Assembly: GCF_964355755.1 (NCBI RefSeq)
Contig: NC_092680.1
Span: 9,486,001-9,550,000 of the forward strand
From: Antedon mediterranea
Taxonomy: Eukaryota > Animalia > Echinodermata
Length of the DNA: 64,000 nt
Reading direction: 5' to 3'
Shown: positions 63,946-64,000 of the stretch, piece after piece
Layout of the letters: each line of letters begins with the position of its first letter
Numbering within the stretch: position 1 is the stretch's first letter
Position numbers and translations under genes: made by a program
The notes under the pieces: generated by a model
The model's database searches: none
The model's input: the letters and a program-made list of their open reading frames with translations, nothing else
Told to the model about the DNA's origin: nothing

Positions 63946-64000
63946 GTAAGGACCCAAAATCTGAGGTATGGATGTCTCATAAGGTCTTAAGTTCATTTTT

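Overview
AT-rich eukaryotic (animal) genomic DNA with spliceosomal introns; the element types are compatible with a marine invertebrate deuterostome such as an echinoderm (inference, not proven). The main host gene is a 5-exon single-module type I polyketide synthase at 29348-40907 (KS-AT-DH-psiKR-degenerate ER-KR-ACP plus a fused C-terminal TEII/GrsT-like thioesterase); as assembled it has two in-frame stops and one frameshift. A decayed patched-domain (SSD) gene lies head-to-head upstream. Most of the rest is mobile DNA whose ends can often be read to the base. It includes a Gmr1-like Gypsy element (integrase before RT), a Mag/SURL-like Gypsy element with a 2.3-kb internal inversion and a ~510-bp flanking duplication instead of a TSD, and a full-length DIRS element whose empty target site is also in the window. 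There are nested Mutator-like foldback elements in a PKS intron and several LINEs. The right end is a deep nest: RTE-like LINE > non-coding LTR element with an internal perfect 66-bp inverted-repeat cassette > L1/Tx1 LINE > CR1 LINE, plus a Kolobok-like element. All family assignments come from motif recognition by eye; no database search was run.
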